Under the pieces are notes generated by a model, which was given only the letters and a program-made list of their open reading frames with translations, was not told the origin of the DNA and made no database searches. Source: Desulfomicrobium sp. (lineage in GTDB: Bacteria > Desulfobacterota > Desulfovibrionia > Desulfovibrionales > Desulfomicrobiaceae). From it: a stretch of 64,000 nucleotides of DNA. The translations under genes and the position numbers were made by a program. Location of the stretch: assembly GCA_040768745.1 (NCBI GenBank), contig JAXGMI010000001.1:1088001-1152000 (forward strand), in the 5' to 3' direction. Of the stretch, positions 9,137 to 17,839 are shown one piece after another. Every line of letters starts with the position of its first letter. Position 1 is the first letter of the stretch.

Positions 9137-10119
9137 TTTCTGTGGTAATTCCAACGCGTAATCGCGCTGATTTTTTGAATCTCGCGTTGAAGTCCATTGT
9201 TCAGCAGACTTTGCCAGGTTGTGATTTTGAGGTGTTGGTTGTTGATAATGGTTCTATAGATAGGACTTCGCAAGTTATTTCCGCTTATAAGTCCGCGCTC
9301 TTCAATCTCACAGCTATGTATGCACCAGAGCCTGGCTTGCATACGGGTCGACATGCAGGGATGGAAGCTGCCAAAGGCGAGATTCTTGTTTTTGCAGATG
9401 ATGACATCGAAGCTCTGCCGACGTGGTTGAAAAGCATAAAAAAATGTTTTTCTGATCCGCTTGTCGCGATGGTGGGGGGTAATAACTATCCGATGTTTCT
9501 TCAAAATCCGCCGAAGTGGATTCTCAACTTGTGGAAGCGCCACAACTTTTCAGGGTATAGGGCTATTCCTGCTTTAAGTGTTGTAGAATTTTGTAAGGCG
9601 TCGATAGAGATTTCCCCCTATTGGGTTTGGGGTTGTAACTTTGCGATTCGAAAAGACGTCCTGCTGGCTGCTGGTGGATTTCATCCAGACGGAATGCCGG
9701 AAGACCTGATCCGGTTTCGTGGTGACGGCGAAACTCACGTTTCACGATTTGTTGCGGAATCAAATATGAAATGCGTCTTTCATCCTGGGGCTTCTGTTTA
9801 TCACAAAATTCCTGCTTCACGCATGACTTACCAATATTTTTTTCAACGCGGGTTTAATCAGGGCGTTTCAGATTCATATACTGACCTTAGAACTGGAAAG
9901 CATCAGTTTAAGCATGACTCGTCCGTTGTCCGTAGAGTATATCAAAAATCCCGAAAATTTTTCAGATTAGCCACAGAAAGGCTTCTTCTTTGTAAAGATT
10001 CTTTTTACGCATTAAAAATGTTCAATTATGGTCATCGAAAAGGCTATAATTTTCATCAAGATGTATATAAAATGGATGCAGATGTTCGAGAATGGGTTCA
10101 CAGAGAAAGGTATTATTGA
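9133..10119 (+). CDS. GT2 glycosyltransferase
   Basis: MISVVIPTRNR, VVDNGS, FADDD; ATGA overlap with the upstream gene. Confidence 0.9.
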   Translation: MISVVIPTRNRADFLNLALKSIVQQTLPGCDFEVLVVDNGSIDRTSQVISAYKSALFNLTAMYAPEPGLHTGRHAGMEAAKGEILVFADDDIEALPTWLKSIKKCFSDPLVAMVGGNNYPMFLQNPPKWILNLWKRHNFSGYRAIPALSVVEFCKASIEISPYWVWGCNFAIRKDVLLAAGGFHPDGMPEDLIRFRGDGETHVSRFVAESNMKCVFHPGASVYHKIPASRMTYQYFFQRGFNQGVSDSYTDLRTGKHQFKHDSSVVRRVYQKSRKFFRLATERLLLCKDSFYALKMFNYGHRKGYNFHQDVYKMDADVREWVHRERYY

Positions 10120-10122
10120 GTT

Positions 10123-10672
10123 GTGAAATTAATAGATAAGCTTAAGCGACGCGAATTTATTTTTTTTAAAATTATGCTAATTGTTTGCGCATAAATTTAT
10201 GTCGCGCAAATACAATCTTTTTATTTATAGAAATGCTTCTCCTTATCAGAATGCTAGTGTCAAAGAGTTAAGATTTATTGAAAATGATTTGGAGGTTCTT
10301 GGGGTTAACGTAGAGAATTACGCGCCCCCCCCCCAGACCAATTTAAAGTTTTATTGCAAAAGCAATGGTTTCCGGCATAATATCATGGAGGGTACGGAGT
10401 TGGCGTTTGGGACGAGAAATTGCTTGAGCACTGGATCTCTAGTGAACTGCCGTGTCTCTATGAGTTCGAGTCTGCCGATATTTATGTCGATGTCGCAGGT
10501 GCAAGTTCGCCTTAGGCAATAATTTTTCGTGATAAACTAGGGATTAACGCATTTGTTATTGATCTCGGAGATATTCCTGATGAATACCGTGGCATCGAAT
10601 ATTATCGACAAGAAAATGCAACAGATACATCATTCCAAAACGACTCTGCTCGAGGCATTTCACTGCATTGAT
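10123..10672 (+). pseudogene. Disrupted methyltransferase-like gene
   Basis: Coding-like frame shifts near a T8 run (~10160) and a C10 run (10325-10334); downstream frame ...WFPA*YHGG...WDEKLLEHW...YVDVAGASSP*...ENATDTSF...GISLH* carries in-frame stops. Confidence 0.65.
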
Positions 10673-10765
10673 AAACACGGAATGAAATATCTGTTACGAG
10701 TTCTTAGGAATAAAAATTGATTTTTGAAAAAACGTTTACTGTCACTTTATATTGGAAATTTAAAA

Positions 10766-11203
10766 ATGATAGAGAATGTATTGCACTCAGAAAAAACGCT
10801 TGCTGTTATATTATATGCTAATTTTAAAAAAGAAGGAATTCATTTTTTTACCTCGGGCGAGTTCTCGCAACAGCTTGGTTACATGAATCGCCCCCAAGGT
10901 TATGTCATCCCGCCGCATGTTCATAATTCTGTTCCAAGAGAAGTGCAGTTTACCAAAGAAGTCTTGTTCATCAAGAGCGGGAAGGTTCGAGTCGATTTTT
11001 ATGATGAAGATCAGAACTATCTACTTAGCCGCATACTGAATCAGGGTGACGTCATCCTACTGGCATTCGGCGGACATGGCTTCGAAATGCTTGAACCCAG
11101 CGAAATCATAGAAGTCAAACAGGGGCCTTACGCAGGTGAAGCTGATAAAACACGCTTTGCGCCATGTGATCCGAGCCAAATTTGTTTTGGAGACAATGAG
11201 TGA
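10766..11203 (+). CDS. Cupin-fold protein (sugar-nucleotide pathway associated)
   Basis: IPPHVHN...EVLFIKSGKV...GGHGFEMLE...EVKQGPY cupin His/Glu motifs. Confidence 0.7.
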   Translation: MIENVLHSEKTLAVILYANFKKEGIHFFTSGEFSQQLGYMNRPQGYVIPPHVHNSVPREVQFTKEVLFIKSGKVRVDFYDEDQNYLLSRILNQGDVILLAFGGHGFEMLEPSEIIEVKQGPYAGEADKTRFAPCDPSQICFGDNE

Positions 11204-11952
11204 TGAGTTCAGGAATTTTCAACGCGTACAGTAGATATTATGATCTCCTGTATCGGGATAAAGATTACAAAACTGAAGCCGAGTACGTCGGTAGAATTTT
11301 ACGGAAACATGGCGTTGGCGGCAGGGACATTCTGGAGTTTGGAAGCGGAACGGGAAAGCACGGCAGATTATTGGCCAGCCAAGGTTTTGCAGTGTTGGGT
11401 ATTGAGCAAAGCGCGGACATGGTAGCTCAAGCCAGCCAAGGAGGGAACTTTTCCTGCGTTCAGGGCGATATCCGAAAGATTGACCTTCTGCGTCAATTCG
11501 ACGCCATCGTGTCCCTTTTTCATGTGATGAGCTATCAGACGCGAAACGAGGATATTCAGGCCGTGTTTTCCCGGGCGGCGCAGCATCTTTGTCCTGGGGG
11601 CCTGTTCGTCTTCGATGTCTGGTATACGCCAGCCGTGATGGTTCAAAGGCCATCTGTTCGCATCAAGCGCATGACAAATGACTCATTGGAAGTTGTGCGC
11701 ATCGCTGAGCCGGTCATTTACCCCAATGAAAATCGAGTGGACGTGAGCTATTCAATCATCGTTCGGGATATAAATTCCCGAGTGACTGAGCAGTTTTCGG
11801 AAATCCACGCGATGCGGCATTTTTCCTTGCCAGAGATAGACATGTTGGCTGAATGGAGCGGTTTTGAGCGCATTGGCGCTGAGGAGTTTTTGACCGGGAA
11901 AACTCCCGGAGAAGAAACCTGGGGCGTGTGCCTGATTCTAAGGAGATTGTGA
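11200..11952 (+). CDS. Class I SAM-dependent methyltransferase
   Basis: YYDLLYRDKDY, ILEFGSGTGKH, HLCPGGLFVFD. Confidence 0.85.
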   Translation: MMSSGIFNAYSRYYDLLYRDKDYKTEAEYVGRILRKHGVGGRDILEFGSGTGKHGRLLASQGFAVLGIEQSADMVAQASQGGNFSCVQGDIRKIDLLRQFDAIVSLFHVMSYQTRNEDIQAVFSRAAQHLCPGGLFVFDVWYTPAVMVQRPSVRIKRMTNDSLEVVRIAEPVIYPNENRVDVSYSIIVRDINSRVTEQFSEIHAMRHFSLPEIDMLAEWSGFERIGAEEFLTGKTPGEETWGVCLILRRL

Positions 11953-11953
11953 C

Positions 11954-13078
11954 ATGGCGAATTTCATACCTGTCAATGAGCCGCTATTGGATGGGAATGA
12001 AAAGAAATATCTCATCGAATGTATCGAGACGGGATGGATTTCGTCTGAAGGGCCGTTTGTTAAAATGTTTGAGGAGCGCTTCGCGGAACGTGTAATGCGT
12101 AACTACGGCATTGCTGTAGCAAATGGCTCGGTCGCGCTAGAAGCGGCTGTGGTAGCGCTTGGCCTTGGGCCAGGGGACGAAGTCATCATGCCAGCTTTTA
12201 CGATCATTTCCTGCGCTGCCGCAATCGTGCGCGCAGGAGCGAAGCCGGTGCTGGTTGATTGTGATCCCTTTACTTGGAACATGGTGCCCGAACAGGTTGC
12301 GGAGAAGATCACCTCGAGAACAAGAGCGATCATGGTGGTGCATATTTTTGGTTTACCCGTGGATATGGACCCTGTTCTGGATCTTGCCGACAAGCATGGT
12401 TTGTTCATCATTGAAGACGCGGCGCAAATGCATGGACAGACATACAAGGGGCGCCCGTGTGGGAGCTTTGGGCATATCAGCACGTTCAGTTTTTATCCCA
12501 ATAAGCATGTGACCACCGGCGAAGGCGGAATGATTGTCACCGATGACCCAGCTTTGGCTGAAAGGTGCAGATCATTGCGCAATCTCTGCTTCAAAGCCGA
12601 GCAGCGTTTTGTCCATGATGAATTGGGGTGGAACTTTCGCATGACGAACATGCAAGCCGCTCTCGGTGTCGCCCAATTGGAGCGTTTGGATGAATTTGTT
12701 CAGATCAAAAGAAATATGGGGGCGACATATTCGTCGTTGCTATGCGATGTACCAGTTGTGCAAATTCCTGTAGCTAGGACAAGCTATGCGGATAACATCT
12801 ATTGGGTTTTTGGGCTGGTCTTAAAAGATGAGGTGCCTTTTGACGCCAAGGGGATCATGGCCAGGCTGGGCAAGGTTGGAGTCGGTACACGTCCATTTTT
12901 TTGGTCTATGCATGAACAGCCTGTGTTCAAGAAGATGGGATTGTTTATAAATGAAAGCTACCCAGAATCGTCTCGTATTGCGCGGCGTGGGTTTTATCTT
13001 CCTAGTGGATTAAAATTACATTCCGCTGAAATTTGCGCCATTGTTCAAAAAGTGTTGTTAATCTTGCAAGAAGCATGA
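11954..13078 (+). CDS. DegT/DnrJ/EryC1/StrS aminotransferase, perosamine-synthase-like
   Basis: GWISSEGPFV, IIEDAAQ, FSFYPNKHVTTGEGG (PLP lysine), NFRMTNMQAA. Confidence 0.9.
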   Translation: MANFIPVNEPLLDGNEKKYLIECIETGWISSEGPFVKMFEERFAERVMRNYGIAVANGSVALEAAVVALGLGPGDEVIMPAFTIISCAAAIVRAGAKPVLVDCDPFTWNMVPEQVAEKITSRTRAIMVVHIFGLPVDMDPVLDLADKHGLFIIEDAAQMHGQTYKGRPCGSFGHISTFSFYPNKHVTTGEGGMIVTDDPALAERCRSLRNLCFKAEQRFVHDELGWNFRMTNMQAALGVAQLERLDEFVQIKRNMGATYSSLLCDVPVVQIPVARTSYADNIYWVFGLVLKDEVPFDAKGIMARLGKVGVGTRPFFWSMHEQPVFKKMGLFINESYPESSRIARRGFYLPSGLKLHSAEICAIVQKVLLILQEA

Positions 13079-14151
13079 AAAATTTTCTGATTGTGTTTCC
13101 GTGTGACACATTGGCATATTCGCCAACTGTCATAAATATGATAACCTTGCTGTCCAAAAAAGGAAGTGTACGCCTAGTATCATTTTCAGATAAGCGGTGG
13201 GTCAATAGTGTCAATGATCTCAAGTGTAGTTATAAATTTATAAATTTTCCATTGTTAGTGCGAAGGTTTCTTCAAAGATTTCCGAAATTTTATTCTATAA
13301 TACGTTTCATTTTTTTGCATTTTTGTTTGCGAAATGATAAAAATTATTATGATTTGATATTTGGCGTTGATTCTCTTGGTTATTTTGTTACTAAGATTAA
13401 CTTTAAAAATAAAAACATAATTTATCTCTCTTTAGAAATTTACGACGATATTTGGCTGAAGCTGACTAAATTCGTTGGTGTTGGCACTCTTGTGATTCAA
13501 TCAGAGGAGAGGAAAAAATTTCTTTTTGGTGATGTGAATATCGATACATTCATTTTGCCCAATTCTCCAATTTATGATTTTGAATTACAGAAAAAAAAAA
13601 TTGGGCACAGTCTTATATATATAGGAGGCGTATATCCGGCTCACGGAGTTGAATTTTGTATTGAGTCATTGTATGAGCTTGATCAGAAATTTAGTTTGAC
13701 TGTGAAGGGGATGGTCAGTGCGCTTTATAGATTTAAACTTGAAAAAAAATATGCGGACTTATTGTCGTCAGGTAGGTTAATTTTGGATGATAAATACGTC
13801 AGTCAGTCTGAGTTAGTTCGTTTTTTGCAGAATTTTGACGCAGGTCTCTGTTTTTACGATACGGATGGGATATTAAAAAATGATTTCAATTACATTAGTT
13901 GCCCGTCTGGCAAAATGTATTCATATTTTGCGTCTGGCTTACCCGTGATTGGCCAAGACATACTTGGAATGCGCGATGTATTAAAAAATAATGCTGGCAT
14001 ACTTGTTGAGAGTCCATGTCCGAAAGCGATATCGATTGCTGTGCAACGTGTATTTGAAAATTACAGCTTTTATGCGAAAAACTCAATTGAAGCTGGCAAG
14101 TATATGAATTTTAAGCATTATTTTGACGATTTTTATTATAAAGTTAATTAA
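13075..14151 (+). CDS. GT4-like glycosyltransferase
   Basis: C-terminal YIGG...PSGKMYSYFASGLPVI; ATGA overlap with the upstream gene. Confidence 0.75.
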   Translation: MKNFLIVFPCDTLAYSPTVINMITLLSKKGSVRLVSFSDKRWVNSVNDLKCSYKFINFPLLVRRFLQRFPKFYSIIRFIFLHFCLRNDKNYYDLIFGVDSLGYFVTKINFKNKNIIYLSLEIYDDIWLKLTKFVGVGTLVIQSEERKKFLFGDVNIDTFILPNSPIYDFELQKKKIGHSLIYIGGVYPAHGVEFCIESLYELDQKFSLTVKGMVSALYRFKLEKKYADLLSSGRLILDDKYVSQSELVRFLQNFDAGLCFYDTDGILKNDFNYISCPSGKMYSYFASGLPVIGQDILGMRDVLKNNAGILVESPCPKAISIAVQRVFENYSFYAKNSIEAGKYMNFKHYFDDFYYKVN

Positions 14152-14154
14152 TTA

Positions 14155-14889
14155 GGGTCATGACTAGAACAGCGGGTTTGTCCTGATGATTTTGAGCAGG
14201 ACTTTATAGATGTTCTGGCCCCTATTGTTAAATCGAAATTCGCATTCTTTCAAATGCAAGAAAAAGGTTACCTTGCTGACACCTCTGAACTTGGCAAGGC
14301 GAGTTTTCGAATAGCCCCAAAAGCTTTCTATGCCATTGATATGGCTACGTTCATTGGCAAATTCATTGTCTCCGTGGTTGACCCTGAAATGCTTCTGGTA
14401 CCCTATATCCACCAGGCCGTTATAGCCGCGCCATCCATCGGAATGGATGACGCTTTCGACGCTGACTCGACCTCGGATAACCGCCTGAAGCGTGGCGCGG
14501 CTACAATCAGGCACGATCTCGGTATAGACTTGGCCTTGGCGCTTGAAGATGCCAAACACAATGGTTTTACTGCTTGCGCCACGACCTCGGAGTCCTTTGA
14601 CTCGGCGAGGCCCGAAGTAGCTTTCATCAACTTCGATTTCCCCGAGAACTGGGGCTTGTCGCTCGCAGTACTCAGCGATTCGTTGGCGCAAGGCCATGAG
14701 ATACCTGTTCACGGTATTTCTGTTTAGGCCAGTCACCAGGGCGATCTGGGATGCATCCAGATCAAAGGAAAAGAGCTTCAAGAATTGCCTGAATTTGGCC
14801 TCTGAAATTTTTGAACGATTTGCGTACTTATAACCCTTGCCATGACTCGATCCTAGCAGATTTGTTATCCGCTGTTCTAGTCATGACCC
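14155..14889 (-). mobile_element. IS1595-family (IS1016-like) insertion sequence, 735 bp
   Basis: Perfect 21-bp terminal IRs GGGTCATGACTAGAACAGCGG (14155-14175 / 14869-14889); 8-bp target duplication ATTAATTA (14147-14154, 14890-14897). Confidence 0.95.
14164..14781 (-). CDS. IS1595-family DDE transposase (5' end possibly frameshifted)
   Basis: EIEVDESYFG, IHSDGWRGY, HINGIESFW, LKECEFRFN; frame extends upstream as KYANRSKISEAKFRQF but the ATG at 14843 is out of frame. Confidence 0.9.
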   Translation of the reverse strand: MKLFSFDLDASQIALVTGLNRNTVNRYLMALRQRIAEYCERQAPVLGEIEVDESYFGPRRVKGLRGRGASSKTIVFGIFKRQGQVYTEIVPDCSRATLQAVIRGRVSVESVIHSDGWRGYNGLVDIGYQKHFRVNHGDNEFANERSHINGIESFWGYSKTRLAKFRGVSKVTFFLHLKECEFRFNNRGQNIYKVLLKIIRTNPLF

Positions 14890-14906
14890 ATTAATTAAAT
14901 TCTAAT

Positions 14907-15776
14907 ATGGTGATAAGTTACATTTCTGGCGGCCTTGGAAATCAAATGTTCCAGTATGCGGCTGGCCTTTCTCTCGCTCGGTTGAGGAAAACTTCGTTAT
15001 TCGTAGATGTGCGCTTTTACAGTGAGAACAAAGTGCATCAAGGCTACGAACTTGATCGTATCTTTGAGTGTGATCCTTTGGTGGTGAATGACGAGGATTT
15101 GGGCCGGATGATAGGCGAAAGGCGGCATTCTCTTTGCCAGCGTATTTTGAAGTTGAAGTTGGCTAAGGCTTTGAGGGGAAGACATTTTGTTGTTGAGCCT
15201 GATATCAGATTCTGGCCTGATTTTTTCTCCCTGTCTGGTAATTGCTATTTATCTGGGTATTGGCAATCTGAAAAGTATTTCAGTGTAATTGAAGATGTTG
15301 TGCGAAATCATTTTACATTCAAAAATATAGATTGCGTTAAGCTAGATTATTATAAAAAATTAATGTTAAATGAAAACTCAGTGAGTGTTCATATTCGGCG
15401 AGGTGATTACATTAATTCGAATTTTCACGGTTTGTGTTCTGTAGATTACTATAAGCGGGCAATTGATTTTATTGGAAATTCAATATCAAATCCTGTCTTA
15501 TATTTCTTTTCTGATGATATTGGATGGGTGAAGAAAAATTTCACTTTTGATTTTAATGTCAAATATATTGATTTTAATAATGGTTTGGATAGCTGGAAAG
15601 ATATGTATTTAATGACTTTATGCAGACATCATATTATTGCAAATAGTTCGTTTAGTTGGTGGGGGGCATGGTTAGGAAATAATAAAAATAAGATAGTCAT
15701 TGCTCCAGCGCGTTGGTTTTTAAAATCTAATGTCAATGCTCAGGGTATTTGCCCATCGTCATGGTTGCGCCTGTAA
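14907..15776 (+). CDS. GT11 alpha-1,2-fucosyltransferase-like protein
   Basis: GGLGNQMFQYA, GYWQSEKYF, VHIRRGDY, IIANSSFSWWGAWL. Confidence 0.92.
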   Translation: MVISYISGGLGNQMFQYAAGLSLARLRKTSLFVDVRFYSENKVHQGYELDRIFECDPLVVNDEDLGRMIGERRHSLCQRILKLKLAKALRGRHFVVEPDIRFWPDFFSLSGNCYLSGYWQSEKYFSVIEDVVRNHFTFKNIDCVKLDYYKKLMLNENSVSVHIRRGDYINSNFHGLCSVDYYKRAIDFIGNSISNPVLYFFSDDIGWVKKNFTFDFNVKYIDFNNGLDSWKDMYLMTLCRHHIIANSSFSWWGAWLGNNKNKIVIAPARWFLKSNVNAQGICPSSWLRL

Positions 15777-16639
15777 TGCCTTGTCTTCCCACAGTTACAG
15801 TGCTTCTCCCTGTTTTAAACGGAAAAGTAACCGTTCGCGCCGCCGTGAATTCTATATGCCAACAGACTTTCGAGAGTTGGGAACTCTTGGTCCTTGATGA
15901 CGGCTCAACAGATGATTCTTTACTGGTTGTGAGTTCACTACGAGATGAGAGGATAATCCCAGTTCTTCCGACCAATGCTCGGGGCCTTGCCGCTCGTCTC
16001 AATCAGGGAATTGACTTGGCCAAGGGGAAGTATATCGCCCGCATGGATGCCGATGACCTCGCGTTTCCCGAGCGGTTGGCCCTGCAGGTAGAATTTTTGG
16101 AATGCCATACCGATGTGGATCTGGTTGGGGCGCGGGCGATTGCCTTCCGTGACGATGGGAGCGTGATAGGCTTGCTTCCCTTTGCTCAGAATCATGCCGA
16201 AATCTGTGCCCGCCCTTGGAACAACATCCCCCTTGCCCACCCGACCTGGATGGGCCGAGCCGAGTGGTTTCGACGGCATCGGTACGCCATTCCAGAATAC
16301 CACCGAGCCGAGGACCAGGAACTGCTGATCAGGGCATCGCAGACCAGCACCTTCGCATGCCTGCCAGATGTTTTGCTAGCCTACAGGCAATGGCCATTTT
16401 CAGCACGGCGGACGCTGACCGGTCGGACCAGCCTCTTGCGGGCTCAGGCCCGGCATTTTCTGCGGAGGGGAGAAGTCGGTTTTTTGTGCAGGTCCCTTGC
16501 CCTGTATGGGATCAAGTCCATAGTGGACCTGATCGCAAACCTGCCGGGGATGGACAGGCTCTACTTCACGCGGATGAGTGAAATGCCAGATCAGGCAACG
16601 ATGAAGCAGTATGCACGCCTCCAGGACGTGTTCCGATGA
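15776..16639 (+). CDS. GT2 glycosyltransferase
   Basis: VTVLLPVLN, LDDGSTD, YIARMDADD, AEDQEL. Confidence 0.9.
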   Translation: MPCLPTVTVLLPVLNGKVTVRAAVNSICQQTFESWELLVLDDGSTDDSLLVVSSLRDERIIPVLPTNARGLAARLNQGIDLAKGKYIARMDADDLAFPERLALQVEFLECHTDVDLVGARAIAFRDDGSVIGLLPFAQNHAEICARPWNNIPLAHPTWMGRAEWFRRHRYAIPEYHRAEDQELLIRASQTSTFACLPDVLLAYRQWPFSARRTLTGRTSLLRAQARHFLRRGEVGFLCRSLALYGIKSIVDLIANLPGMDRLYFTRMSEMPDQATMKQYARLQDVFR

Positions 16640-16705
16640 CTGGCTGCTGTTGCCGCATCCGGGGCAATCACAAGCCCGCCGGCCATCTCCCCGGGGAAGT
16701 TTGAC

Positions 16706-17839
16706 GTGAAATTCGTTTTCCTCTCCCACCTGGACTTGAATCTCTACCTCTTCCGCCTGCCCATCATGCAGGCCCTGGTCGCACGCGGGCACGAGGTCAT
16801 TACCTTGTGCCCCAGAGGGGATGTATTTGATCGCTTTACCGCTCACGGTGTCACGGCGGTCCACTACGACGTCGACCGATCCAGTCTCAACCCCTTGCGC
16901 GAATATCCCGTCATTCTTCATTTAGCTTCATTGCTTCGGCGGCACAGGCCCGATGTGCTGCATACGTTTACGGCTAAGCCCAACATCTACGGAACTCTGG
17001 CGGGACGGATGGCACGGGTGCCGGTAATCCATAATCTTGTCGAGGGTCTCGGCTCCTTCTATGTTGAGGACTCCCTGCGCAACCGCTGCGTGCGAGCCTG
17101 CATGGAAGGGCTTTACGCCATTTCCTGCCGCCTGTCCGACAGCACGGTCTTCGTCAACCGGGACGACGCCGACCATTTTCGCGCCCACAGGCTAATCCCG
17201 CTGGATAAGGTTCGCATTATTCGTAGTGTGGGGATCGACACGCAGACATTCAGGCCAGGAATTCATGATCTGTCGCCGGTTCGGCGTGAGCTCGGGCTCG
17301 ATTCCGCGTCCCGAGTCGTGCTCATGGTCGCCCGAGCCATCTGGCACAAAGGGCTGGCCGAATACATCGAGGCGGCGGGACTGGTGCGGTCCAGACATCC
17401 CGAGGCCGTCTTCCTGCTGGCCGGGGACGTGGACCCCGGGAATCCCTCGTCGGCGACCCGCCAGTATCTGAGGGAAAATCCGCACATCCGCTGGCTCGGA
17501 CAGAGGGGGGATATTGCGGAACTGACCGCCCTGTGCGACGTGTACGTCCTGCCCAGCTACCGCGAAGGGGTGCCGCGCACCCTGCTGGAGGCCGCGTCCA
17601 TGGCCAAGCCCATCGTCACCACGGACACGGTCGGCTGCCGGGAGGTGGTGGAGGACGGGGTCAACGGCTTCCTGGTCCCGGTCCGGGACAGCGCGACCCT
17701 GGCGGCCCGCATCGGGGAGTTGCTGGACGAGGAGGCCTTGCGCCAGCGCATGGGCGCGGCCGGACGGGCAAAAGCGGTCCGGGAATTCGACGTGCGGCAC
17801 GTGGTGCGTCAATATCTTGAACTCTACGGGGTGGAGTGA
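16706..17839 (+). CDS. pglA: PglA-like GT4 (GalNAc transferase acting on diNAcBac-PP-Und)
   Basis: N-terminus FLSHLDLNLYLFRLPIMQAL typical of PglA; LPSYREGVPRTLLEA; adjacent to pglB. Confidence 0.8.
   Translation: MKFVFLSHLDLNLYLFRLPIMQALVARGHEVITLCPRGDVFDRFTAHGVTAVHYDVDRSSLNPLREYPVILHLASLLRRHRPDVLHTFTAKPNIYGTLAGRMARVPVIHNLVEGLGSFYVEDSLRNRCVRACMEGLYAISCRLSDSTVFVNRDDADHFRAHRLIPLDKVRIIRSVGIDTQTFRPGIHDLSPVRRELGLDSASRVVLMVARAIWHKGLAEYIEAAGLVRSRHPEAVFLLAGDVDPGNPSSATRQYLRENPHIRWLGQRGDIAELTALCDVYVLPSYREGVPRTLLEAASMAKPIVTTDTVGCREVVEDGVNGFLVPVRDSATLAARIGELLDEEALRQRMGAAGRAKAVREFDVRHVVRQYLELYGVE

Noticed and set aside
13591..13600. A10 run in the GT4 gene as a phase-variation switch
   Set aside because: The gene is in frame and A runs are common in this AT-rich block; no supporting evidence
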